Below, in pieces: positions 46,222 to 56,057 of a stretch of DNA of 64,000 nt. Both the position numbers and the translations under genes were made by a program. The DNA comes from an uncultured virus (IMG/VR IMGVR_UViG_3300038393_001696). Lineage: Duplodnaviria; Heunggongvirae; Uroviricota; Caudoviricetes. Positions within the stretch are counted from its first letter, which is position 1; each line of letters begins with the position of its first letter. The notes under the pieces were generated by a model. That model did not search any database and had not been told where the DNA came from. It worked only from the letters and a program-made list of their open reading frames with translations. Where the stretch lies: the IMG/VR virus record IMGVR_UViG_3300038393_001696; one strand, given 5' to 3'.

Positions 46222-47307
46222 CTAATCATTTGCCCCGCCTGCAATGGCGGGCGCGCTTCGATTTGGCTCGCCACTTTTGCGCCAGTTAAACCCGATTTCA
46301 CCGCCGATCCGGTTCTGCGCGCGCGCCGCCGTGTCGAGATTCTTCTCCAGGTAGCCCATCGTCGTGGTGAAGCTTTTATGCCGCATCACCTTCTGGATGG
46401 TCTGGATCGGCACGCCCGCCTCCGACAGCAGCGTGGCGAACGTGCCCCGCAAACGGTGCGGCGTGATGCCCTTGACCGCGCAGGCGGCATTAGCCCGGCG
46501 CAGCGCATGGCGCGCGAACCCGGGCGCGAACGGCTGCCCGTCCGGCCGGCATGCGATCAGGCCCTCGGCCTGGCGCAGCGGCTTCAGGAAGTCGCGCAGC
46601 CAGTCCGGCAGCGGCACCGGCTCGGCCTCCCTGCCCTTGGTGATGCCGGGCGTGTAGGTGCCGCGCTGCCAGTCGACCCATTCCCAGCGCGCCGACGCCG
46701 ACTCGCCTTCGCGCAGGCCCAGGCCGAACATCAGCCGCACCGCGACGGCGACGCCGGGCGAACGCACGCACGCCGCGTCGACCGCATCGAACCACGCCCT
46801 GGCGACATCCAGCGGCAAGACCGCGCGCGGCCGCTTCTGCACCTTGATCATCGCGACCTTCCACGGCGCCGCCAGGATGATCCCGCGCTTGACTGCCCAC
46901 AAGGTCAGCAGCTTCAGGATGCGCAGCCAGTGGTTCGCACTGGCCGGCTTGCGCTCCAGCAGGTGCGCGTTGCGCGCCAACTCGACGGCGCCGGTGGTGA
47001 TCTCGGTGATGCGCTTGTCGCCCAGACCGTAAAGGTGCAGGCGCCCGAAGCGCTCGACGCTGGCGGCATGGTGCACGCTGACGACCGGCCGGTTGGCCGC
47101 CAGCCACGCGTCGATCAACTCGCGCAAGGTCGGCACCGGCTTGCCCCCGTTGACGCGCACCACTTCGTCCTCGTAGGCCTTGTTGGCAATTTCCTCCGCG
47201 CGCCACCGCCGTGTCTCGCGCGTGCTGCACTGCGTGCGCTTGCGGGCAATCTGAAACCGGTAGTGCCACACCGATCCGACCCTGAACAGACTGGCGCCCA
47301 TCGTCAC
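46222..47307 (-). CDS. Tyrosine recombinase internal to prophage 2
   Basis: GLREGE, TKG, HRLR, MRH...TTMGY. Confidence 0.88.
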   Translation of the reverse strand: MTMGASLFRVGSVWHYRFQIARKRTQCSTRETRRWRAEEIANKAYEDEVVRVNGGKPVPTLRELIDAWLAANRPVVSVHHAASVERFGRLHLYGLGDKRITEITTGAVELARNAHLLERKPASANHWLRILKLLTLWAVKRGIILAAPWKVAMIKVQKRPRAVLPLDVARAWFDAVDAACVRSPGVAVAVRLMFGLGLREGESASARWEWVDWQRGTYTPGITKGREAEPVPLPDWLRDFLKPLRQAEGLIACRPDGQPFAPGFARHALRRANAACAVKGITPHRLRGTFATLLSEAGVPIQTIQKVMRHKSFTTTMGYLEKNLDTAARAQNRIGGEIGFNWRKSGEPNRSAPAIAGGAND

Positions 47308-47732
47308 ACCCGCAGCACGCCGTTGCGGTTGAACTCGGCCAGGGCGGCCAGCGACGCGCGCGCGATCGCCACGTTCGGCACCGTGCGCAGGTAGTCCATG
47401 GTGCGCCCGATCCCCTCGCGCAGCACGCGCAGTTCGTCGCCGCTCACGCCGTGGCGGCCGCTGCGCTGGGCGCGCTGCTGGATCGCGGCGACCGCCTCGA
47501 CCATCTGCCGGGCGACCTCCAGCACCGGGTGGCCGTTTGGGGCGATGCGCCGCGCCAGGTCGGCGTTGCTGAGCAAGTCGTACACGTGCTGCTCCTCGAA
47601 GTGGCCCTGCCCGAGCGCCAGGCTGGCGGCGTAGCCGGGGAATTCCAGCATCTGGGCGTTGCGGATGCCGAGCGGTTTCACCACCGGCTTGGGACGGTAC
47701 GGTTTGCGCGGCTTGCTGGAGCGGCCCATCAC
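47304..47732 (-). CDS. Phage hypothetical protein
   Basis: KPRKPYRPK N-terminus; coupled ORF. Confidence 0.55.
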   Translation of the reverse strand: MMGRSSKPRKPYRPKPVVKPLGIRNAQMLEFPGYAASLALGQGHFEEQHVYDLLSNADLARRIAPNGHPVLEVARQMVEAVAAIQQRAQRSGRHGVSGDELRVLREGIGRTMDYLRTVPNVAIARASLAALAEFNRNGVLRV

Positions 47733-48067
47733 GCCCCCCCCAGCTTAGCGATCACCGCGGCGACAATCACCGCGCGGGTGGCCGCGTCGCGGTTGGTGCT
47801 CACGCCCGCCGTCCGACAGCCCTGCGGCGAGGCTGCCGCCACCAGGGTGCGCAGGTGGCCGACGTCGATCAGGTGCTCGCTCAGCAGCGGCCCACAGGCG
47901 CGCCAGTCGCCGCTCCAGTCCGGTACCGCCGCCTGCCCGCGGCACGCGGCCTGGCCGCGCGGCGGCGTGCCGAGCAGTGCGCCGCCGACGTCGACGATGC
48001 CGCTCCAGCCGGTCAGCTCGGCCAGGCGCCGGTTGGCCGCCAGTTGTTCAGCCCTTGTCATGTGCAT
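47729..48067 (-). CDS. NinX-like phage protein
   Basis: PDWSGDWRACGPL..., RAVIVAAV. Confidence 0.5.
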   Translation of the reverse strand: MHMTRAEQLAANRRLAELTGWSGIVDVGGALLGTPPRGQAACRGQAAVPDWSGDWRACGPLLSEHLIDVGHLRTLVAAASPQGCRTAGVSTNRDAATRAVIVAAVIAKLGGA

Positions 48068-48302
48068 CCTCTCCCGTTGTCGTTGCCTTCTGTTGGTGCC
48101 CGATCCAGCGCTCGCGCGGCTTCATGTCGGCTGCGCGGCGGAACAGCACACAGTGCTTGTGATCCCACGCGACCCACGGCTCGAGGTCCCGCGCCGCGCC
48201 GTCGTAGCCGCCGCATCGACCGATTCCCTGCGCCGCCCGCGCCGGATCGTCTTTGATGCCGAAATGCGCGCAGCGTGCGCAGATCTTGTCGACGCGGCTC
48301 AC
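48048..48302 (-). CDS. Small Cys-rich protein
   Basis: CARCAHF...GRC...CVLF. Confidence 0.45.
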   Translation of the reverse strand: MSRVDKICARCAHFGIKDDPARAAQGIGRCGGYDGAARDLEPWVAWDHKHCVLFRRAADMKPRERWIGHQQKATTTGEDAHDKG

Positions 48303-49048
48303 CCGGCCCTCCGGAAGCTGGGCCAGTCAAACGCGCACGGGTACGCGTGCTCGTGCAGCCGGTCCAGCACGCGGTCGCCGACAAAGCGCCCCAGCTCGGC
48401 CAGCCGCTGGTTGCTGATTGCGATCAGCGGCTTGTGGTGGCTGTAGCGCCGGTTGACCACCTCGGTCAGCAGCAGCTTGGCGTTGTCCTTGTCGGGGATC
48501 GCGTCGATCTCGTCGAGGATCAACAGGTCGTACTGGACGAAGCGGTCGATCTCGGATTCCTCGCTCTTGCCCTCGCACCCGTAGGCGGCCTGGATCTCGC
48601 TGACCATACCCTTGCCGGTCACGTAGCGCGCCGAGCGGCACAACCGGTTGATCCAGGCCTCGCCGAACTCGCACGCCAGCTGGGTCTTGCCGGTGCCCGG
48701 GTCGCCCACCAGCAGCAGGCAGGCCCAGCGCCGCTCGGCAACGATGAAGTCGCGGAACGCGGCGGCCAGCGCGCGCACCTCCTTCTGCGCCGGCGTCGCC
48801 GCGGCGAACGCCTGGCCGCGGTAACGCAGCGGAATCCCGGCGATCGCGTGCAGGGTCGCCGCGCGTTCTCTGGCCCATCCGCGCAGCCCCTCGGCGCGCT
48901 GCTGATCCTCTAGGCAGGCCGGGCAATACCAGCCGAGGTCGACGCGCGCGACCACGCTGGCTGGGCCGTGGGTCGCGCAGCTGCCGGCCACCGTGTGTAC
49001 GCGCGCGCCGAGCTGCTCGAGCAGCGCCACCCGCTGCAGCCCGCTCAC
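48299..49048 (-). CDS. DnaC/IstB-like helicase loader ATPase
   Basis: GDPGTGKT, DLLILDE, NRRY, ISN, DRVLDRL. Confidence 0.88.
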   Translation of the reverse strand: MSGLQRVALLEQLGARVHTVAGSCATHGPASVVARVDLGWYCPACLEDQQRAEGLRGWARERAATLHAIAGIPLRYRGQAFAAATPAQKEVRALAAAFRDFIVAERRWACLLLVGDPGTGKTQLACEFGEAWINRLCRSARYVTGKGMVSEIQAAYGCEGKSEESEIDRFVQYDLLILDEIDAIPDKDNAKLLLTEVVNRRYSHHKPLIAISNQRLAELGRFVGDRVLDRLHEHAYPCAFDWPSFRRAG

Positions 49049-49578
49049 AGCGCCACCTCGCCGGCCGGCACCGCGATCCCGAGGCGCGCCATCGCGCTGT
49101 GCTGCGCCGCGCGGTCGCCAGCACGGTCGGCGCCAGAGAAGTGGAACTTGCCATGGCCCTGTTGCTGAGCGCCGGCTGCTCGCGCGCGCTTGACGGCCAG
49201 CTGGTCCCACTTCTCGCGCAGCTTCTTTGGCGACAGGATGTTGGCGCACCAGAACGGGTCCGCGTGGGCCCACTGGAACAGCTCGCAGATCTCGCGGTGG
49301 CTGCGCTTGTCGAGCTCGCGCATCAGGCGCACCTCGTCGGCCCACACCGACCAGGTCGGCTGCTTGGCGCTCGGGCTGGTATTCAGGATCAGGCCGTAGA
49401 TCCAGCGCGCACACTTCTCGTCCTCCGGGGTGGCGTGGCGCTTGCGCCGCTCGGCAGGGGCGATGCGCTTCGCCCGCAGCCGCTCCAGCTCATCGAGCAG
49501 CTCGAGCAGCACGCCGGCCTCGACCGCCACCTTCGGCTCCGCCGCGGCCGCCGCGCGCAGTTCGGTGTAGTCACGCAT
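49045..49578 (-). CDS. Short replication initiator-like protein (O-type C-terminal module)
   Basis: WADEVRLMRE.D.R...FW..NILSP.KLR.KWDQL. Confidence 0.75.
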   Translation of the reverse strand: MRDYTELRAAAAAEPKVAVEAGVLLELLDELERLRAKRIAPAERRKRHATPEDEKCARWIYGLILNTSPSAKQPTWSVWADEVRLMRELDKRSHREICELFQWAHADPFWCANILSPKKLREKWDQLAVKRARAAGAQQQGHGKFHFSGADRAGDRAAQHSAMARLGIAVPAGEVAL

Positions 49579-50008
49579 GGATCGCCCTCCGCTGAGGCGG
49601 CGGCGCAAACAGCGCCGCCGCCCACCCGTTCGGTGCCGCTGCCGCCTTGCGCTGCCAGTACAGGCCGCTGCGTTGCGCCTTGCGCCGATCATCCACCTCA
49701 GTGCCCTTGACGCGCTTCTCGTAGCGGGCCCAGATCTGCTGGCGCGTCAGGCGCTTCAGGTTCTCCGGCGCGTCCGCGCCGGGCCCCGGCACGTACACCG
49801 GCATTGGCACGCCGCCGCCGTCGCGGTGCCGCCAGCGGCCGACGTGCACCTTGCCTTCGCGGTGCAGCTGCGCCACCGCCCGCGCCACCGTATAGGTTGG
49901 CAGGCCGGTGGCCGCGGCAATGGCCGGCCGCGTGCCCGGCAGCGCCGCCAGCACCGCTGCCCGCGCCGGCGCCCGGCGCGGATCGACATAGCCATCCGGG
50001 CGCTTCAT
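49571..50008 (-). CDS. HTH protein
   Basis: IAAATGLPTYTVARAV. Confidence 0.5.
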   Translation of the reverse strand: MKRPDGYVDPRRAPARAAVLAALPGTRPAIAAATGLPTYTVARAVAQLHREGKVHVGRWRHRDGGGVPMPVYVPGPGADAPENLKRLTRQQIWARYEKRVKGTEVDDRRKAQRSGLYWQRKAAAAPNGWAAALFAPPPQRRAIHA

Positions 50009-53000
50009 GCCGCCTCCCTGCGGTCCTGCTGCTCGTCCAGCGCCTCGAGGTCGAACAGGGTCGGCATGCTGACCTCGCGCTCCATCGCCCGGCAGTAGTG
50101 CACCTGGTCGGCAAAGTAACCGGCGTTCAGCTCCGAGCCCATGCCATAGCGCCCCAGCTTCATCGCCCGCACCGGCACCGTGCCCAGCCCGGAGAACGGG
50201 TCGTAGACGGTGTCGCCCGGGTTGCTGTAGCGGTTGATCAGGCGGTCGACGATGTCGATCTGGAACGGGCACACGTGCTTCTCGACCGCGCGCGCCGACT
50301 GCGCGCCGTTCAAGGTGATCATCCGGTTCACGTCGTGCCACACCGCCGGGTCGGCGCTGCCGGGCGCCAGCGACATGAAGGTCGACGGCAGCGCGCCGCG
50401 CGCCTGCAGTTCCTCGCCGGTCTGCACGTGGCGTTCGTAGTCGTACACGTGGCGCAGGCTGTCGTCGGTGAAGAACTTGGCCAGCTTGGCCGGGCCCAGC
50501 GCCGCTAGCTCCTCGGCGCTCATCAGCCGGTTACCGCTCGAGCGCCAGAACGCGTGCGCATCGATCTGCCAGCGCGCCAGCGAATAGCCCGGGTCGTACT
50601 CGATCACCTCGGCGAACGCGCCGTTGACTGCCTCCTCGAACTCCGGGTGGTCCTCGGTCAGCACCGTGCCGTCCGCCAGCACCACCCGCCCCGTCTTGCT
50701 CTTTCTGACCGGCAGGTCGGCATAGCCGCGCGAGCGGTCGCTCTGCGGCTTGTGGAACAGCAGCACGTATTCCGGCGAGCCAACGCCCATCTTGGTTCCA
50801 TCCTTGCACATCTCCGTGTAGCCCAGCCGGTAGGTCTGGTTGTTCTCGCGCACCACGTCGGTCACCACAGTGATCATCCCCAGGTAGTCGAAGCCATGGC
50901 GCATGCCGTGGAACAGCGCCTCCGCGTGGAACGGGCTGACGGTCGGCAGGCCGTCGCCGGTCACGTTGCCGAAGTTGATCCGGTCCTTCACGTGGCAGGC
51001 GTAGATGCGGCCCGGCTGCAGGATCCGGTAAAGCTGCGGCGTCAGGAAGTCCATCTGCGCCCAGAAGTGGGCGTTGTCCTGGGTGTGGCCGAAGTCGTTG
51101 TAGCTGGGGCTGTACTCGTAGTGGTTGGCGAACGGGATTGACGTCACGATCAGCCCGACCGAGTTGTCCGGCTGTTCGCGCGCCTCCAGCACGCAGTCGT
51201 TGTTGGCCACCGTGAAGCGCTCGCCCTTGACGACACGCCGCTCGACGCCAATCGTGCGCGCCAGCGACTCCTGCATCGACAGGTGGTCCAACCCGTAGGC
51301 GCGGATGATCTCACCCATCGTGCCCTGCATCGCGTCGTGCTGGCGCCACTTGTCCTGCAGCTCGGCCAGCACGGCACGCTCGACCTCGGTGTGGATGATG
51401 TGCACAGTGCACGGCGCAGTTTGGCCGAAGCGATGAATCCTGTGAATGGCTTGAATGAAGTCCGCAAACTTGAATCCAATGCCAGCGAAAATCATCGTGT
51501 GGCACTGCTGCAGATTGACGCCGGCGCCATACATCACCGGCTTCGTCAGGAAAACGTCGGTGTCGCCAGCGCGCCACTTGTTCAGCAGCGCCTCCCGCTC
51601 ATCTACAGTTTGGCTACCAGTCAGGGATGAAACCGAAAGCCCCTCGGCCCTCAGGGCGCGCTCGATGGCTTGCTGCTCGTCGTTGAGATCGCACCAGACG
51701 ATGACTTGTTCAGGTAGTTCGCCGCCCGATTGACCAGATCGATCCGGTCCATGAACATCCCCAGTCCTGCATTGCAGCGGTGGCACAGCAACCCGCGCAC
51801 CCTCCCCGTCGTGTGGCAATGATCCACATACAGCGGATGCCTCTTGCTCGCCAGCCCGTGCTCCCCCTCGCAGATCGCGCACCGACCGCCCTGCGCCGCC
51901 AGCATCGCCTGATACTGCGCTTCCGTCAGTCCGTACCGCGCCAATTTCTGCGCGCGCGACTGCGCCGCTGCACGTGGCTTGTTCTGGGCGTACCATTCCC
52001 GGCTCCGCTGAACGGATAACCCGGGATGCGATAGCCGGTGACTCTCCTGGAGCTCCTTCATCCGCTCCGGGTTCGCCTCGCGCCAACGTTTGCTCCGTGC
52101 CGCATGCTCCTCCGGCTTCGCTTCGTAATTCCGCTTGTTGCGCGCCCGCTGCTTGACCAGCAGCTGCTCCTTGTTCTTCTCGTAGTACTCCTTGAGGTAA
52201 CGCCTTCTTTCTTCTTTCGTCACGGACGATCTCCACGAGTCGCTCGACGCGCTTCTCGATGCTGTCACGCTTCTCCCCTGCGGCAGCGGCCAACCCCATC
52301 GCCACGTTCGGGATCAGCAGGCCCTGCCCGTTTTTCTCGGCACCAGCAGCGTCGTAATTACTTGGTACTTCATGGTAGCGCACTCGCAGCTCGGGTAGTA
52401 CATAGCCGTCATCCGAATGACCCAGATCACTCGGCTTCTGAATGAAGCACGCCCAGCTAGCCACCCACAGCCAGAATTCGCGCTCCTTGTGCGGGTACAA
52501 GGTCAGGTTGCCGGCCTTCTCGCTGTCGCGCTGGAAGAAGCGCGTCAAGGCCTGGCCGGTGTCCATCACGCCGAGAAAGCCGGCGTAGTGGATCAGTTCC
52601 TTGTAGCGGTTCGGGCTCGGCGTGGCGGTGAACACGAACTTGAACTCGACCTGCTCGAACAGCGGCAGGAACTCCTGGTAGGTCTTGCTGCCGAAGCTGC
52701 GCAGCACGCTGGCCTCGTCGAGAGCAGCGGCACCGAACTGGCGCACATCGAGCTTGCCGTCGCGGACCGTCTCATAATTGGTCATGTACAGCGTCGCCGG
52801 GTCGTCGACCTCGGCATCCGAACGGATGAACCGCAGGTCGAGCGCCTGGTCGCCGGTGAAGCGTTGCGCCACTTCGCGCGTGAATTCGCCGCGCACGCCG
52901 AGCGGCAACACGATCAGGCGCTTGCACGGGCGGTGCTGGCCGATCTGGCGCATGATCTCCAGGTTGGTGGAGGTCTTGTGCAGGCCGAACGAAGCGAACA

Positions 53001-53163
53001 CGGCGCGCTGGCCGCCACGCAGCGCCCACTGGACGATCTGGCGCGTGTGCGGCTTCAGGTGCGGGTTGATCCGCTCCATCGGCACGTCGAAGCCGAGCCG
53101 CGGCGCCAGCCGGATCTTGGCCCGCAAGAAGTCGTGGTACTTTGTTAAAATGTCATCAGCCAA
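50005..53163 (-). CDS. SNF2-like helicase fused to an N6/N4 DNA methyltransferase, with an internal insertion
   Basis: GLHKT, LDEAS, TATP, QAIHRIHRFGQ; TSIPF, HVCP, DPFSGLGT; TTG start inferred. Confidence 0.88.
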   Translation of the reverse strand: MADDILTKYHDFLRAKIRLAPRLGFDVPMERINPHLKPHTRQIVQWALRGGQRAVFASFGLHKTSTNLEIMRQIGQHRPCKRLIVLPLGVRGEFTREVAQRFTGDQALDLRFIRSDAEVDDPATLYMTNYETVRDGKLDVRQFGAAALDEASVLRSFGSKTYQEFLPLFEQVEFKFVFTATPSPNRYKELIHYAGFLGVMDTGQALTRFFQRDSEKAGNLTLYPHKEREFWLWVASWACFIQKPSDLGHSDDGYVLPELRVRYHEVPSNYDAAGAEKNGQGLLIPNVAMGLAAAAGEKRDSIEKRVERLVEIVRDERRKKALPQGVLREEQGAAAGQAAGAQQAELRSEAGGACGTEQTLARGEPGADEGAPGESPAIASRVIRSAEPGMVRPEQATCSGAVARAEIGAVRTDGSAVSGDAGGAGRSVRDLRGGARAGEQEASAVCGSLPHDGEGARVAVPPLQCRTGDVHGPDRSGQSGGELPEQVIVWCDLNDEQQAIERALRAEGLSVSSLTGSQTVDEREALLNKWRAGDTDVFLTKPVMYGAGVNLQQCHTMIFAGIGFKFADFIQAIHRIHRFGQTAPCTVHIIHTEVERAVLAELQDKWRQHDAMQGTMGEIIRAYGLDHLSMQESLARTIGVERRVVKGERFTVANNDCVLEAREQPDNSVGLIVTSIPFANHYEYSPSYNDFGHTQDNAHFWAQMDFLTPQLYRILQPGRIYACHVKDRINFGNVTGDGLPTVSPFHAEALFHGMRHGFDYLGMITVVTDVVRENNQTYRLGYTEMCKDGTKMGVGSPEYVLLFHKPQSDRSRGYADLPVRKSKTGRVVLADGTVLTEDHPEFEEAVNGAFAEVIEYDPGYSLARWQIDAHAFWRSSGNRLMSAEELAALGPAKLAKFFTDDSLRHVYDYERHVQTGEELQARGALPSTFMSLAPGSADPAVWHDVNRMITLNGAQSARAVEKHVCPFQIDIVDRLINRYSNPGDTVYDPFSGLGTVPVRAMKLGRYGMGSELNAGYFADQVHYCRAMEREVSMPTLFDLEALDEQQDRREAA
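51651..52223 (-). CDS. Endonuclease VII-family (homing-type) nuclease nested in another frame of the helicase-methylase
   Basis: YGLT..QY..ML..QGGRCAIC, VDHCHTTGRVRGLLCHRCN.GLG; GGAG 7 nt before a GTG start. Confidence 0.88.
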   Translation of the reverse strand: MTKEERRRYLKEYYEKNKEQLLVKQRARNKRNYEAKPEEHAARSKRWREANPERMKELQESHRLSHPGLSVQRSREWYAQNKPRAAAQSRAQKLARYGLTEAQYQAMLAAQGGRCAICEGEHGLASKRHPLYVDHCHTTGRVRGLLCHRCNAGLGMFMDRIDLVNRAANYLNKSSSGAISTTSSKPSSAP

Positions 53164-53234
53164 TTTCGATCCCCATTGTTGTTGGTCAGAGGCCGCCGCC
53201 AGTTGCCGCTGGCGGCGGCTTCGTCTTGTAAAGG

Positions 53235-53618
53235 TCAGCCCGCGCGCAACGACCACGCCGGGATGTCCGGCCGGATACCGCGCGTGCTCGGGATGTGGCG
53301 CTTGCTCAGCGGCGGCCGGTTCATCACATCAATCTGCCGGGGCGCTGCGATCTGGCCAGGGCACTCCGTCTCCGGCTCGGCCGGGCCGTCGTTCTCGTAG
53401 TGCGCCAGCGCGGCGTCGGTCAGCGCGATCCGTCCGCACGGCAGCCGGCGCAGCCAGCCGGACTGGATGTCGCGCTCGAGGTTGGCCTCGCGGATGCCCG
53501 GCTTGGGGCCGTAGTGCACCCGCGCGAACAGGTCGGCGGGCAGCTTCGAGCCCTCTTCGTAGATCAGCGCGCCGGCCAGGTAGGCGGCGGTGCTGCGTTT
53601 CGGGTGCGGGCGGGTCAT
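53235..53618 (-). CDS. Phage hypothetical protein
   Basis: Homolog of 1-245. Confidence 0.6.
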   Translation of the reverse strand: MTRPHPKRSTAAYLAGALIYEEGSKLPADLFARVHYGPKPGIREANLERDIQSGWLRRLPCGRIALTDAALAHYENDGPAEPETECPGQIAAPRQIDVMNRPPLSKRHIPSTRGIRPDIPAWSLRAG

Positions 53619-53721
53619 GCGGTGGTCCTCATCTTGAAGCGGGCGTAGCGGCATCCGGCCAGGTGCGGCCGGCCAAGCGGCTGGTGGCAGCCGGTGCAGC
53701 GGCAGGGTGTGCGGGTGATGC

Positions 53722-55605
53722 TCATGCCGCGGCCCTCGCAATCTCGCGTTCGTGCGCGAAGTTGGCGCGGATCAGCGCCTCGGCGACCGTCGGGCAGACG
53801 CTGTTGCCGCACATGCGGACCTGCGACGACTTCGGCAGCGCAATGCGCGGCAGCAGGCGTGGGTCGCCGTCGACCTGCCGGCCATCCACGAACAGCAGCT
53901 TCGGGTCGGGAATCTCGTCGATCACGTAGGTGCTCGGGAAGCCCTGGGCGCGGTACAGCTCGTGCGGCGCCAGCATGCGCAGGCCGATGTCGACGATCTG
54001 GTAGTCCTGGCCTTGAATCGTCACCAGCCCGAAGCGGTCATGCGTGGGAATCGTGTGCAGCGGCGCACCCAGCTCGACGCCGTCCTTGTCGTTGCCGTAG
54101 TACTTGATCAGGAAGGCCCGGACCTCGGCGTGGTGCTGGCCCTGCGCGCTGATCGTGCCGATCGGCTCGTTGGTGGCCGCTGCCGCCGAGGTGCCGCGCA
54201 GCTTGACCAGATTGCTGGTGACCAGCCTGTGGTGGTCCTGCGTGGTCACCGTGCTGATCGGCTTGTCGAGCGGCCATCCCGGCGATTCGTTGCCGCCGAA
54301 GCTCTTCTCGAGGAACGCCGTCGCCAGCGCGACATCGTACTTCGCCGTGGTAGTCGCCGTCGGCTCATCCAGCCCGCGCGGCCGGCGGTCGCCTGCCCGG
54401 CCGCCGACGCCAACTAGCGCAGCCGACACCATGCTGAAGTGACCGCCCTTAACCTGGGCGCACACCGTGCGCAGCGGCTGGTCCACCGGCATCACGCGCT
54501 GGTTGCTGGCGTTCGCGTGCTCGTTCAGGAAGGCGCTAACCAGCGTCGCATTGTTTTCGACCGGCTGCAGCGTCGCCTGCGCCAGCGCCTTCTCGCCGCG
54601 GTGCGCCGCCGTGATCGTGCGGAACGGCTCGTGCACCGACTCGCTGCGGTCGCCACCCTGGTGCGTGACCGGGACGATCGACGGCAGCACGATCGCGCGG
54701 TGGTTCTCGGTCGTCAGCGTGCCAAGCGGCTGGGTCACCGGCACCGGCTTGCCGGCGTAGATCGGCCCGCCCTGGCCGACGATGAACGGTGTCGGGTTGT
54801 CGATCACGTAGCGCATGATGCCCTTGGCGATGCGGCGCAGGGTCGCCTCGGCCAGCGGACGCTTGCGGTTGAAGATGGACGGGCACGGCAGCGACCAGTC
54901 GATGCATTCGGCGGCCGTGCGATATGGCTTGAGCTTGCCGGTCCTGACCATGGGATGGTCCGGTGCCGCGTGCGATTGCTCGGGCCACACGATGGGCAGG
55001 TGGTCGCGCCGCGCCACCATGAACAGGCGCTTCCTGATCGTCGGCGTATTGAGGTCACTGGCGCGCAGCTCGCGGAACTCGATCTTGTAGCCATGGCCTT
55101 CCAGCTGCCGCTTGAAGCTGCGGAAGGTCACGCCCTTCTTCGCCGGATCCGGCAGCCAGACTTCCTCCCCGTCGACCATCTTGCGCATCAGCGGGCCCCA
55201 GGTGACGAATTCCTCCACGTTCTCGAGCATGATGACCCTCGGCTTGCACTTGGCCGCCCAGCGCATCGTCACCCATGCCAGTCCGCGAATCTTCTTCTCG
55301 ACCGGCTTTCCGCCCTTGGCCTTGGAGAAGTGCTTGCAGTCGGGCGACAGCCACACCAGACCGACCGGCTGATTGTTGGTCACCTCGATCGGGTCGACGT
55401 CCCATACCGACTCGCACAGGTGCTTCGTGTACGGATGGTTCAGCGCATGCATCGCCAGCGCCTCCGGGTCATGGTTGATCGCGATGTCGACCGGGCGACC
55501 GAACGCGGACTCAATACCGGTGCTGGTCCCGCCGCCGCCGGCGAAGTTGTCCACGATCAGTTCGTTGCCCAGGTCGAGCGCCATCGTCAGCAGATCGCGC
55601 TTCAT
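53722..55605 (-). CDS. C5 DNA cytosine methyltransferase
   Basis: DNFAGGGG, SPDC, LENV, RKRLF, GNSV. Confidence 0.92.
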   Translation of the reverse strand: MKRDLLTMALDLGNELIVDNFAGGGGTSTGIESAFGRPVDIAINHDPEALAMHALNHPYTKHLCESVWDVDPIEVTNNQPVGLVWLSPDCKHFSKAKGGKPVEKKIRGLAWVTMRWAAKCKPRVIMLENVEEFVTWGPLMRKMVDGEEVWLPDPAKKGVTFRSFKRQLEGHGYKIEFRELRASDLNTPTIRKRLFMVARRDHLPIVWPEQSHAAPDHPMVRTGKLKPYRTAAECIDWSLPCPSIFNRKRPLAEATLRRIAKGIMRYVIDNPTPFIVGQGGPIYAGKPVPVTQPLGTLTTENHRAIVLPSIVPVTHQGGDRSESVHEPFRTITAAHRGEKALAQATLQPVENNATLVSAFLNEHANASNQRVMPVDQPLRTVCAQVKGGHFSMVSAALVGVGGRAGDRRPRGLDEPTATTTAKYDVALATAFLEKSFGGNESPGWPLDKPISTVTTQDHHRLVTSNLVKLRGTSAAAATNEPIGTISAQGQHHAEVRAFLIKYYGNDKDGVELGAPLHTIPTHDRFGLVTIQGQDYQIVDIGLRMLAPHELYRAQGFPSTYVIDEIPDPKLLFVDGRQVDGDPRLLPRIALPKSSQVRMCGNSVCPTVAEALIRANFAHEREIARAAA

Positions 55606-56057
55606 GCCCGCACCCCGACCGCCGGCCCGAACAGCGCCGCCACCATCGGGTCGCGCATCACCGGCAGCCGGCTGACGCGGATCGCGAAGTCGACGTCGTC
55701 CTCCATCAGGTGCAGGTGCCGGCCCGGGTCGCGCTGGGCCACCGCCAGCTGCGCGCGGCTTGCCTTCTGGCGCGCGCCGCGCTGCTGCGGCGCTTCGTCC
55801 AAACCGGCGAGGAACGCCGCCACGCACTGCGCGTCGGCGGTCAACCGGTAGCGGCGTTGCACGGTCCGGCCGCCCTCGATCACCTCGACCAGCGGCAACA
55901 GGTCGCGCACATAGCCGCGCACGCCGGAGCCGCTCTGGCCGAGTTCCTCGGCGATGTCGTCGCGCGACAGCGTGCGCCGCTGCAATTCGCCGACCAGGCG
56001 GCGCAGGTTGGCGGTGCGGCGCACGGTGCGGCGGTCGTTGGTGGTGGCGAGCGTCAT
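55602..56057 (-). CDS. HTH protein
   Basis: IAEELGQSGSGVRGY; homolog of 925-1359. Confidence 0.6.
   Translation of the reverse strand: MTLATTNDRRTVRRTANLRRLVGELQRRTLSRDDIAEELGQSGSGVRGYVRDLLPLVEVIEGGRTVQRRYRLTADAQCVAAFLAGLDEAPQQRGARQKASRAQLAVAQRDPGRHLHLMEDDVDFAIRVSRLPVMRDPMVAALFGPAVGVRA

Noticed and set aside
51700..52225. Intein in the helicase-methylase
   Set aside because: No HN/HQ-C/S/T splice junction seen in the host frame, and the nuclease is in a different frame
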